Program-made: the position numbers and the translations under genes | Part shown: piece by piece, positions 11,447-23,454 of the stretch | How positions within the stretch are numbered: the first letter of the stretch is position 1 | How the letters are laid out: the number at the start of each line of letters is the position of its first letter | Assembly (NCBI GenBank): GCA_002633005.1 | Contig: NMRA01000040.1 | Span: 389,362 to 453,361, forward strand | Direction of reading: 5' to 3' | DNA: 64,000 nt | DNA from: Phoronis australis | Taxonomy: Eukaryota > Animalia > Phoronida | Notes under the pieces: model-generated | Told to the model about the DNA's origin: nothing | What the model saw: only the letters and a program-made list of their open reading frames with translations | Database searches by the model: none

Positions 11447-14400
11447 TGTTCTTCAAATTTTTAATCGAATTGAAGTATAAAAATGTGTTTAATGTCGAAA
11501 TAAGTATTCCAATTGGCACACAACAACAGACACTAAGTGACACGTCGTGCGTAGACAGACAGTACTCGACTACTTTATTGAGGACTCGTTGTTAACTACT
11601 GTGAAATGTTTATGGCAACACACAAGACCATGTGCATATGTGTCACATTTCAGAGAATTAATTGGCAAAAGTTGCATAACAAACCCATTCTAACAAACAG
11701 AAAGCTTCCATTTGTGCCAGATAGTCTCAGTACAAACCTATGGACAGATTCGGCAGTGATCGGGTCCGCTTCTGGACGTGACGTGATTCCGAAGATAGCC
11801 GAAGTTGGAAATTTTCTGTTCTCGAAATTTTGTGGGGAAGTGGGAGCGTGTTTTACTCGAATAATAGAAGAATATGGGGTATGAAATAAAAAGAAATGTG
11901 GTTCATAAGCAATCTTTATTAACAGTCAGCACATGTGTATACATATTAACTACAACTAAATAGCTGTGAATCGACCTCTTTAAACTGCCAAGGCAGGGCT
12001 GTACGTCATTTTACATACTGGGGAAGCAAAGCAAACTGTTTTTATTGAAACATTTTTATGTCAACTTACTCAAACTGACTGAACTAATGAATATTTAATG
12101 AGATAAACAAGATTAAAGCTTGCAAATGGAAACAACAACCAAGTACTGAGTAGAGTTCAGTAGCTTCTCGCGGCCAAACCCACGTGTTCTCATTTAAAAT
12201 ACAGGACAATATCTCACGTAATCTCGCGAAGTCTTGCTTTTTAGCGAGGTCCCAGCTTAGGTTTAACCGTTACGGAACTTTACCTGTTTTCATCAGGTTA
12301 GCTGTTTTTAAGCAAATGAGGTTCCATTAGAGTATCCGTTGTAACATAGTTACGTTTCATTTCCGATTGTGGGTCTCGACTGGTATTCGAAGACAACTTC
12401 TTTTTAACCACCTATTATATTACTGGGACTGCAGGAGCACCGCGGTGTTGTGATACAAATCCTGGCCAAGAATGGTTTGCCATTCGGCATGCGGTGACAG
12501 TTTGCCAATCTGTAGAATATGTAATTCTGGGTGAAGCATTTGCCGCCTTTATTTCCTAGACTGCACGCAAGCCTACAAATAAATGACAGAACCAGTGCAT
12601 CAGTATCAGAACTTGTTTGTGTGTCACACTAATATGATTTTGCCTTTTTCTGAAGTACAAGGTATATACTTGAACTAGTGTAATGGAGTCGAACTTTTCA
12701 AGGTTAACACCATAGGTTTGTGACTTAAAACAAGTCCGAAATTTGGTGTTACGCTTCACATAACTATTTCTGAAAAATAGTTAAATGTCACTTGACCAAA
12801 AGTTCAGTTTCTGAAAATATATGCATTACCGTAGTTACTAAGATAATTGCTATAAATTATTTCTAGCCTGTCATTCACACAAGATTTCTTGGCAAATCTT
12901 CCTGTGTTAAGTCTTATGTGACTTTCCTGGCGCACACAGACTCCATATTCCACACATAGCAGCCAGCTACATGTACCTGATTGAAACACGATGCTTTCAC
13001 AGTTAAACATTAGTCAGCCACATGTTTTAATTAACCAATGGGGAAAGTTGTCTAACTACCCAATGACAAAAGTTCTCGTTCCTGGACCATGCTCCCGAAT
13101 TCAGGTGAACGCACCTAGTTTTTGAAGCTTACTTGGCGGTGGCCTTCCACCCCCCCCCCTGAGAGAGGAATACCAAATACCCATGCTCTCCCACAACTGC
13201 TCTTTAGTTTCAGGTAGTCTGTGCACACGACAACATAGGTTATGAATTCCTGTGTTCCCAGTGAATTTTCGGTAATTGTGTATAATTCGCTCCTACGTCG
13301 ATCCAAAAACAACTCCCAAATAGTCTCCTATACGCCCAGACCGTGCCAGGGGTATCGATAACGGGTATGGACGAAAGAAGCCAACGATTCCGCATTCATC
13401 TGTTTCTCGCCTTCCTATGGCAATAGTTGGCTACGGTTGTGATGTCTACCGTCTCTCTAGTAGTACACGATTACGTGGAAAATGTCCAGTCACTTACTAC
13501 CACCATAGGCGAACAGCGCCTAATTACTATCCGGAGATTGGAATATAGGATTCTCGCGTAAGAAGGCAGATCTGCCGCTTGAACTAGAGAGGGACAGCAA
13601 GAAGGAAGAACACACATTTAAGGAACGATCACGTGTGAAATTTTTTAGACGATAGACTTGACATCCAATCTGCCTGCTGACCGGACAGTATGCGAACACT
13701 GTTTCAGACCAAACTAGTTTTAACTTGTGATTTCTGAAGAACCAACAGCTTGTTATTGCTTGAAGCCAAGCCGACCCTTGCCAGAGAGGTATCCCTGATG
13801 GAGCGGAGTCTCTGCCTTGTAGGAACGCCTTAATATAATTCTATGACTATTACAATTTACTACATATAACTAACGTCTAGTTAATTCGGTTTTTCCCCAC
13901 TGCAAGCTGACTCGATGAATAATTGGGGCTCCGAAACATTAAACCGAATAAAATCTGCATTCCGTCGAAGAACGTAAATTTTGATTTAGAACCTTTAAAA
14001 ATAAAATAAAGTTGTTTTCAACTTGTTCCTTACTCCGATGAGAAATGATTTTCATTTTCAAATGTGTGACAAATCATTATTACTCGGGACCAACCTCGGA
14101 AAGTTACACGCCGTGGTAAGTCACTTTGTAGGACCGGGTCTCATGCAATAGCGAAACGATAGTTCTTTCCAAGCACAGACATAACACCACGTTTGACAAA
14201 GGAACACTTTGAGGCCAATTTTATATTGTTAATTACATCAGTTTTTGGCCATAATAGGATCAAAAAACGATTGTCCTTTTGATCCAATTTTATATTGACA
14301 AGTGGTTTAAATCAAAATTTACTTTTTGTGACTCAGATGTCGCTTTTCGGCTAATAAGCACCTCAATCATTTTCGTCACGGCACGTAGTTATCTATCGAA

Positions 14401-14647
14401 AGTTCTTAAACAGTAACAATAACATTTGGATTAACTGGACACTATCGGCGAGAAATCTGATTTTTTAGGGGGATCGGCAACTACCGCGGTTGCAGTTTAT
14501 CTCTCTGCTAGCATAGCTAACTTAACCTTACTTGATAAATGGTAGAGTTTTTAAGCGTCCACATCTGGCAAAGTCACCGACGTTGGCAAATAATGGCAAT
14601 TTGTAATAAAATCACAAAACCCAACTGATTTGTTGTTTTAATGCTCC

Positions 14648-16072
14648 AATCAAAGCGAGGCTCACTGCGATAAACAACGCGGAAGTTGACAATACGTGAG
14701 TTAAATGGCTGGTCTTTCCGAGTCCAACCTGGTTATTAAATCTTAAAAATGTGTCAATAAATAACCACAGAGACGTAGAAAAATACATTTGAGAACAAGT
14801 TCCGCATGCACCAAAGAAATGTCTGACGAAAGAATATCAGTTTTTTTCGTAAAACTACGTTCGAAACATAAGTAAATATGACCAAATTGCGACGATCGTG
14901 TTACGGATTTGGTATATGCTAAATACAGGTTGCGTTTCTTCTTATAAGTACATTGATAAAAATGCTTTCTACGTGAATCAGGTCATCTGCTTGTATTTTT
15001 GACGAGTTGAAGATATGTTTGACAGTGGTGGCTCATCGCATTTTGCTGTCATGTGAAAGTCACATCTAGTTAAATTTGTTAATCAACTTCACGGCACAGC
15101 CTAGGCCTATGACCTGGTAGGGAGGTAGGGACTACGGGACTAAGAGTTGATCTGTCATTGATCTTCAAGAATGATTGATGTTCTTAAAAATTATTTTCTA
15201 TTAAAAAACAGGCTGGTATTTGAAGCTAAAAATTACTTGACCATCAATTCTGCTTTCTTGGTTTTTATAATTCTCACATCTATGTCATGTGTCAGGTTTC
15301 AAATATCAATCTGGACACGGTGAATTTTTGAAATTAAAACACCTATTTCGTTCGTCCAAAGCATAACCCGAAAAATAACCCATCTCGTTTTAGAGCTTAA
15401 TTTCAATTAACTGGGTAGAGCAAGCATAGTTATCATATTCCCTCAGGGGCTTCGGTTTTTTAATGTTTATTATGACGATTCAGTACAATAAATATACATA
15501 CCCGGAAAGCGTCAAGAGGCATTGTACCTGGGTTAAATAAATACAAAGAAATCTATATNGAGTTGATCTGTCATTGATCTTCAAGAATGATTGATGTTCT
15601 TAAAAATTATTTTCTATTAAAAAACAGGCTGGTATTTGAAGCTAAAAATTACTTGACCATCAATTCTGCTTTCTTGGTTTTTATAATTCTCACATCTATG
15701 TCATGTGTCAGGTTTCAAATATCAATCTGGACACGGTGAATTTTTGAAATTAAAACACCTAGTTCGTTCGTCCAAAGCATAACCCGAAAAATAACCCATC
15801 TCGTTTTAGAGCTTAATTTCAATTAACTGGGTAGAGCAAGCATAGTTATCATATTCCCTCAGGGGCTTCGGTTTTTTATGTTTATTATGACGATTCAGTA
15901 CAATAAATACATATATACCCAGAAAGCGTCAAGAGGCATTGTACCTGGGTTAAATAAATACAAAGAAATCTATATACAATTATTATACATAAATACACAA
16001 AAACTCCTTCATCCGAGGGGAAAGGTGGCTGTGCCTTCTGAGAGGGGAATTTTTTCGCCGCGTGAGGGGGTA
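14648..16072. repeat. Dispersed repeat or local duplication, copy 1 (copy 2 at about 18172-19053)
   Basis: Collinear, clearly diverged match (caaagcgaggct...gagtccaacctggttattaaatc...aactgggtagagcaag...tttttcgccg). Confidence 0.85.
15144..15975. repeat. About 415-bp near-identical tandem duplication joined by a single n (probable assembly artefact)
   Basis: 15144-15558 is repeated at 15560-15975, with n at 15559. Confidence 0.85.
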
Positions 16073-16362
16073 ATTCTACCTCCCGATCACCATCAATAGC
16101 AATCCCGCCCTGTGGCAAGCTCTCATAGGCTCTGTCTCAAGAAGCATTTTGTGCTCTTTCAAATTGTGACCTGTGTGGGTTACAAGTGATTTGAACTTCG
16201 AGAGAAAATTTTCAATTACTTTAGGGGAGTTTTTAGGCCTCGTGAGGGGAATTTCGCGTGATTTTTTAATATTTTTGAGACGGGAATAGGACCGATATTC
16301 TGCCCAAAATCGAGGGATTGAGGGCCCTGTCCTTTTTGGAAAGAAATACATCATGTTCCAAC

Positions 16363-16505
16363 CCGTAGTCATGAAAACACAGCACGGCTTTCCGATGGTT
16401 CACCGGTCGTTGCTATGATCATCGGCAACTTTCGAAAACATTCCCAGAAATATTTTCCTTCTTCGCTTCATGTAGCAACGACCCAACGGTTCAGAATCTC
16501 AACGT
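16363..16505 (-). CDS. Putative next exon of the prepropeptide; defensin-like with two in-frame TGA (Sec or stop)
   Basis: A 256-nt intron has a CTAAT branch-like motif, an AG-free T-rich zone and an AAG acceptor. The phase-matched translation is (G)R-TGA-DSEPLGRCYMKRRRKIFLGMFSKVADDHSNDR-TGA-TIGKPCCVFMTT. The 3' boundary is uncertain. Confidence 0.45.
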
Positions 16506-16761
16506 CTTTAGGCATTGTAAAAAACGGAACGCGGAACACACAAATGCCGATTAGCCATTTAAAGGAGCTATCGTAGTGATCCTAGTTTGGAGCGCCCTTC
16601 CTGTCTCTTGAATTAGGCGTATAAGCTAGCTTTTTGGTGCAGGGTTTGTGAAGCGCTGCTTTGGAACGTGAGCCTTTATCGTATACCCGTCGTTCATAAT
16701 GCCGATCTGATTTTTGTGATATGAAATTTCAAAAACAAGTGAAAATTTGATAGTTACTTAC

Positions 16762-17156
16762 CCATTATTTCTGCAAATGTGACTTGTGACTGGTTGGAAC
16801 ATTTGACAAAGATAAACATTTCCTTTCACGATGCGAGTGGTCCTGGAAAACGTCGGACAAGTCCCAGGCTTGGGCGTCTCTCGTTCATCAAGATCGGAAA
16901 CATCCAGGGAACGAACTAACTGATCTGATTCGTCTTCTTCTTCACTTGCATCTTTTGCAGAACGAGCGTCAAAGTCTGCCTGCTCGTCGATTTCGTTCTC
17001 TTCCACCAAATGGACGTCAAGATCTGTCTCATCAGAATCGCCGTTTGGGGTGTCGTAGTTTTCGAATTCCTCTGTTTGGACCAACCTCACGACACAGCAG
17101 AGCAGAGCGCAGAGAAAGAGCTTTAAGTATAGTATATCGCTGGCATTAGTAACCAA
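16762..17156 (-). CDS. Exon of a secreted prepropeptide: signal-like hydrophobic segment, acidic propiece, start of Cys-rich mature peptide
   Basis: LYLKLFLCALLCCVVRLVQT, then about 65 residues rich in D/E ending DER, then ETPKPGTCPTFSRTTRIVKGNVYLCQMFQPVTSHICRNNG. Canonical donor GG|GTAAGT at 16762/16761. The start codon is uncertain. Confidence 0.65.
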
Positions 17157-18171
17157 AATATTGCACCAAATATATCAGTTGATAGTTGTCTGAGAGCAGG
17201 TCATTTCTAATCCTCCTCACCAGTTTGTACAAGAAAAACTGAAACACGAGGACTGGCGTCAAGGCGATGAATTTATTAGTGCCTGTTTTGCCAAGTTACG
17301 CAAACGGTGCGCAAAAGGTACCCACTCATCCAAGGCTCTACCGCAAACAGGCGGCGCTTTGCACTAATCATTTGCTTTTTTGCTTTATCGCTACATGGGC
17401 GGCGCAGCACTGAAAAAGTGGGGGGATGGCTAAAGGGGTGTTTTTTTCAGGGTAGACCGTTCAAAAGCCTCGGTCGGTATGTTTTCGAGTTTTTTTTGTC
17501 GCAACACAGCAGTCTCAAAAAAGTCGGAAAATTAATTTTAATTCATTTGACTTAAAAGTCAAAATGTTTAGTTCATTGTGTCCACTCGACGAATTTTCCA
17601 AAAGACCTGATAAATGGAAACGTATCAATATAATATGACAGGGGTTCACTCATATTGACTAGGTGCCCGCGGGCGTTTTTGTAATAACTGTGGGTAGGCA
17701 GTACTTTTTCAACAAGTTTTGTAAAGCCCGCACGAGGTCCAATAGGCCCCTAAATTTCCATTTCGTCCTGCAAAAGGTTTACTGCATTTGCCTCAACCCC
17801 AACTGGTGCACTGGCCGACTTTCTACAGAAAGATCCCCCCACAAAAAGGTGAATCAGCAGAACTGGCACCTGCAATAAGAGTGCCAGCATCTCGGCAATT
17901 TTTCACAATTTAACACACATGGAAAATACGATTCTTATAAGGTATTATGAACACTACAATCTAAATCACATTAAAATACTCTAGGAACGAATGAATAACA
18001 CGTAGTCCTGAAAAGGACTGTTGGGTTAGTCCTGAAAAGGACTGTTGGATTGAGTCAAGATTATACACAAAATTCACAAAAATCGCAACAAGTCTATCAA
18101 CGTCGAACAGGCTGACGGTTTGCTTGTCTGATTACCCGATATACATCTAATTCACGCGGAGGATATTAAAA

Positions 18172-19053
18172 TTCAAAGCGAGGCTTGCTGCGATAAAGAA
18201 AGCGGAAGCTGACATTGCGCGAGTTAAGTAGTTGGTCTTTTGAGTCCAACCTGGTTATTAAATCTTAAAAATGTGTCAACAATTAACCACAGAGACGTAG
18301 GGAAATACATTATAGAACAAGCCAACTCACCAAAGAGTTGTCAGACGAAAGGGTATAAGTTTTTTCGTAAAACTACGTTTGAAACATGAAAAGCAAATAT
18401 GACCAAAATTTGACGATCGTCTTACAGATTAGGTATACGCTGAATACAGGTTACGTTTTTTTTTTTGTAAATTGTTGATAAAAATGCTTTCTACACGAAC
18501 CAAGTTATGTGCTCGTATCTATGACGAGTTGAAGATAGGTTTGACAGTGGTGACAGTTGATCCGTCATTGATCTGCAAGAATGATTCATGTTCTTAAAAT
18601 TATTTTCTATTAAAAAAACAAGCTGATGGTTGAAGCTAAAAATTATTTGACAAATCAATTCTGCTTTATTGGTTTCTATAGTTCTTACACCTATGTCATG
18701 TGTCAGGTTTCAAATATCAATGGGGGCAAGGTGAATATTAAAATTGAAGCACCTAGTTCGTTCGTTCAAAGCATAACTTTAAAAAAATAACCCATCTCGT
18801 CTTAGAGCTTAATTTCAATTAACTGGGTAGAGCAAGTCTCAGGGGCCTCATTTTTTAATCTTTACTACGAAATATTCAGTACAATAAATGTACCCAGAAA
18901 GCGCCAAGAGGCATTGTATATGGATTAAGTAGATACAAAGAAATCAATTATTATACACAAATATATCAATTAAAAAAAAACTCGTTCATCTGAGGGGAAG
19001 GTGCCTGTGCCTTGTGCCTTAGGGGAACTTTTTCGCCGAGTGCCGGAGGGGGT
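18172..19053. repeat. Dispersed repeat or local duplication, copy 2
   Basis: Matches about 14648-16072, lacking the approximately 15030-15145 insert and the n-joined duplication. Confidence 0.85.
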
Positions 19054-20114
19054 TTCACACAGAAACGTGGACACACCGATATGTTCGTGTTACTGTAGCT
19101 CTAGGACTACAGTGGAACGAGGATGATTTGACCACTGTACAACTTTCAGTGGACTCTGAGCACGAAATAAGAAAAACAATCATCGTCCGCATCATTTCAT
19201 TTAAGTGAACTCGCACACTTATTAAGCATTTTAGAAACAAAAATGAGAGAATCAAATCAGTTGAATTTTGTTGGAAATAAAGCAAATCCCGCTTTACAGC
19301 ATCATTTTTGAAACACCGAAGTTGCAATCTGTGAAAAGAACATGTTGAAATAATTTTTTCCTTGAAAAGAATTTGTTGACAATTTATAACACCTTTAACA
19401 CGAAAAAGTGTCGAAGGTGACTGTTTTTTCTTTTTTAATTATTAACATTGTACAGCCACCTTAAAACAGAAACAAACAATACATTTTCTAAGCCAAAAAT
19501 GGAACTGAAATTTACAACACATTAAACATGTCTGACAGAATATGAGTATATTATCACGAATATAATTTGTCAAAGAATGGCCGCAAACTGTTTTAGTACA
19601 GTTGAATTTCACAGCCCTCGAGGAAAGTTTACACTGATCTGCTTATCTTTAAACAACGAGAACTACAAGTCATAACTATTAGTACCATTACACACCACGT
19701 AATTTTTAACTCGAAAAGACGTGAATAACGAACACCAAACGAATGCAGCATTGCAATTACTGTTTGTTGGCGTATTGATAAAAATCGTCCTTTTTGAAAT
19801 GAAAATTTTTAAGAGAAAACCATGGAGGATAATTCTTAATCAGATAGCAAAGGACTTTCATGATGATCTGTAATTTAGATTTCTTTGATGACACTGACTT
19901 AGGAAAAACACTAACACAGTCTCAAGTTCCTTACCGATTTCATCTCACTAGAGGAAGTATCTGGCCTGTTAGTCGATAGAGACAGTTTGCTAATCGATAG
20001 CAAACTGGTTGACATGAGACCACACGTACCAATTTATAGAGGTGTACCATTACGGTCCACCTATTTTCGCATAAGTAACGAAAAACATTAATGTCTTTCG
20101 CCACTTGTTAGATG

Positions 20115-22240
20115 TTTATATTACTCATTACTCTGCGCGTGCAAGCGCAGAGTACTGTTGTTTCTGGGTTTTCTTCAATTTTATTCTTATTCTTATTCTT
20201 ATTCTTATTCTTCTCCCGACCAACTTTGAGGCTTAATAACTCCAAATTGGGCGCAGCTACGTTCTTTAAATTCAGCATATCATTTTGACAGTACATAAAT
20301 TTTGATTCGTTATATAATCATATTCCATTTTGCACCGGAAGAGGTCATTTAGTGGAAAGGTCATATAATTTTCAAAATGCTACTTCTTTATTTTAAAAGC
20401 TATTCTTTTCAAATTCGGTACACAGGTATACGTCAATAAGGCAATTTAAAAAATTACTTTTCTAAGTAATCGGATCATCCAATCAGGTTAAACAGGTCAA
20501 AGGTCATTAGGTGCCAACTAAAATTTTGAGCTAGACACTTCAAATTCAGAGGTCTGTTTGGCACAGGTAACTCAATTCGGAATCCAAAGTTTCAGGTCAT
20601 TTACTGCAATCATGGGGTCGTTAGGTGCATTTTACTTCTGAAAATTTGACCTTTTCATTCACCAAGAATTCTGATGTGTCAACTGTTAGACAACTGTGAT
20701 TCTCGGCATTAAACACATTTTTCATGGGCTTTGCACTAATTCTCCTCAAGACGCTTATAATGCATCAGATAGGGTCAATTAGTGCAAAGGTCATCTAACG
20801 TTCAAAATGTTATATCTCACGTTTTTCAAGGAATTCTTTTCAGTTTCAGCACACTTGGGTAAGTCAGCATGCCAATTGAACACCCTACTTTACTACGCAA
20901 TAGGCTTAACCAATCAGAAAAAATAGGTCAAAGGTCATTGAGTGCAAACTAAAATTTTGAGCTAGACACTTCAAATTCACAAGTCTGATTGGTACGACTA
21001 CGTTTAATTCAATTTGAAATACGAAGTTTCAGGTCATTTAGTGCAACCATGGGATCGTTAGGTGCATTTTTCTTCTGAAAATTTGTCCTTTTCATTCACC
21101 AAGTATTCTGATGTGACAGCCGTTAGACAACTGTGATTCTCAGCATGAAATATACTTTTCACGGACTTAGCTGCAATAGTTCTACTAAAAAGGCTTGTAA
21201 CGCACTGGATAGGGTCAGTTAGTGCAAAGGTCATCTACTTTTGAAAATTATATTTCTTCTACATTTTTCAAGGAATTCTCTTCAATTCCAGCACATTGGT
21301 GTAAACCTACATGCCAATGAAATACCCTACTTTACTAAGCAATAGGGCCATCCAATCAGAGAAAATAGGTCAAAGGTCATTGAGTGCAAACTAAAATTTA
21401 GAGCTAGACACTTCAGATTCACAATTCTGATTGGTACGTCTAATTCAATTTGAAATACTAAGTTTCAGGTCATTTAGTGCAACCATAGAGGTCATTAGGT
21501 GCATTTTTCTTCTGAAAATTTGTCCTTTTCATTCACCATGTATTCCGATGTGTCAACCGTTGGACAACTGTGATTCTCAGCATTAAACATACTTTTCACG
21601 GGCTTTGCAATGATTCTCCTAAAGACGATTATAATGCACCGGATAGGGTCAATTAGTGCAAAGGTCATCTAACGTTCAAAATGTTATATCCCCTACATTT
21701 TTCAAGGAATTCTTTTCAAGTTCAGCACACTGGTGTAAGTCACCATGCCAATCGAACGTCCTACTTTACTATGCAATAGGCCTAACCAATCAGAGAAATA
21801 GGTCGAAGGTCATTGAGTGCAAACTAAAATTTTGAGCTAGAGACTTCAAAATTACATATCTGTTTAGTAAATGTGATTGAGTTTGAATTCTAAATTTTCA
21901 GGTCATTTGGTGCACCCATGCATTTTTCTTCTGAAAGTTTGACCAATTCATTCATGTTGTATTCTGAAGTGCTTAAAGTAAAATATCTGTGATTCTTAGC
22001 ATTAACCACACTTTAAATTGATTTTACAATTATTTCCTGATCAGGGTTCATAATGCACTGGGAGAGGTCAATTAGTGGAAAGGTCATCAAAATATTAACA
22101 TGTAATTTCTCCTACAATTTTAAAGAATTCCTTTTCATATTGGTAAACGGGTTGCTGTGAGTAACTTCCCATAAGAATTCCTCTAATACGCACGCGCAGA
22201 GTCCATTGTTGTCACGCCGTTACAATAATCTTTCTAGTTT
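20115..22240 (+). mobile_element. Helentron-associated non-autonomous element (DINE-1/HINE-like) with an internal array of about 420-bp repeats
   Basis: 5' palindrome actctgcgcgtgcaagcgcagagt and a (TTATTC)n tract. About 4 diverged units (anchor ggtcaaaggtcatt at about 20496, 20926, 21368, 21801). 3' inverted subterminal gcacgcgcagagt, hairpin ttgtcacgccgt(g)acaa, and CTAGTT end. Confidence 0.8.
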
Positions 22241-22669
22241 TGTTTTTGTTATGCTAGCAGAGTTGTAAAACTTTTAATTCATAGAAACTGACTAACTTTT
22301 GATGAGACATTTCAGACAACAACAATAATCTGGTTTTTATTCAACAGAAATTACTTAGTTTTTGATTGTCCGACACCATATTTGGCGATGGCTTGGGTTA
22401 ACGATTTTATCTTGTGAATTGTTTTGGGATTATGAGTAGCATTTTGAGCAAGCTTTGGGTTATATATTTTGAACGAATTAGCCCACCTTCATTCTGTTCA
22501 GTATAAACATAATACATGTTTCTTGAGCTGCTATTGGTTTGCTACAGAGATATCGTAGAAACATTTCTTCATGTGAAGACCGCTTAGAACACTGGATCGC
22601 ATGATTAAGAGAAATGAAACTCGTCACACACAACAAATGTAACACGTCCCTCTGACACAGCGCCACCTA

Positions 22670-22900
22670 TACTGAAAAGTGACCCTGAAAAGTGGCACAC
22701 ATCTGTGCACACAACGATGACTTTCGGCTCTATGTTCCTGAGATGAGACGGAAGTGAGGATGCCGTGACGGCTGCTCGTAAAGAATGGGACTCAAATTCG
22801 GTTATGTAATGTGGTCCAGAAAGAGAACGTTCTCGCGTTAACTTCCGCCAAACTTTCAAATCAGACGTGCTTAAATACATAATCGGACGGAATTTTTTAA
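22670..22900 (-). mobile_element. Crypton-like tyrosine recombinase C-terminal fragment
   Basis: RKLTRERSLSGPHYITEFESHSLRAAVTASS...IEPKVIVVCTDVCHFSGSL resembles the HSLRAT / IM..TGH.S..SL catalytic motifs. A related copy lies at about 29990-30190. Confidence 0.55.
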
Positions 22901-23454
22901 TCTGAGAATGATTTGACGAAATTTTTATCAAGTTGTGTTTTTGCGTGTTAAGTACGTCGCTGGAAATGAAAACAGCCCACTATTCTGAAGGTTCGATACT
23001 CCGAAAATATCTAAAATTTCGAACTCAGGCTTAATTTTTATACTTTTGCATACATAAGTTATTAGATGCGCTGAGTGGTGTACCTGTACCGAAAACAAAG
23101 TCCGGGTACTATTGAATTCATGCGCATACGAAATTGCCGCATATCTTACATGTACGAATACAGAAACTAAGTACGTTCTTGCATTTTTAAAAGGATACCA
23201 AATGCGGGATTGGCCTATACACAGATACTAAAAATGGCTTTCCCATCCAGTTCTCTGAAACAAAATAGTACTCTGTAAGTATTGACAACCCTCAAAAGTT
23301 TGCTGAAAATTTTGAAAACTCCTTTCAAAGTTTGCTAAACAGCAAGCGTGACCTACGCTTTTTTGCGAATTACACGGCAACTGTGTGGAAAATCCACCCA
23401 CCAAGGACCATATTGTCCAAGCTCGATTTTAAACAACAGAACTGTGACACTGTG

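Larger units (their letters stand above)
9897..11979. mobile_element. Internally deleted Kolobok-type DNA transposon (TTAA target site; THAP plus convergent KolX-like remnants)
   Basis: TTAA at 9893-9896 and 11980-11983. Imperfect TIRs agacatagtttcaca / agaggtcgattcaca (11 of 15 match). Contains a minus-strand THAP exon and a plus-strand acidic exon with a frameshifted PY.FEP motif. Confidence 0.65.

Noticed and set aside
12000-16360. Search for a SECIS (ATGA-helix-AA-helix-GA) on the minus strand, with candidates near 14141, 13397, 12873 and 12290
   Set aside because: None gave a convincing helix II plus GA quartet by eye; a covariance-model scan is needed.
16076-16372. 98-aa ORF as an independent gene
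   Set aside because: It is the in-frame run-on of the putative peptide exon into repeat-like sequence; no domain features.
16467-16545. Alternative minus-strand frame FFTMPKDVEILNRWVVAT* resembling a THAP fragment
   Set aside because: No flanking CxxxxC or CxxHF motifs. The other frame fits the splice phase and a defensin-like pattern. Not fully excluded.
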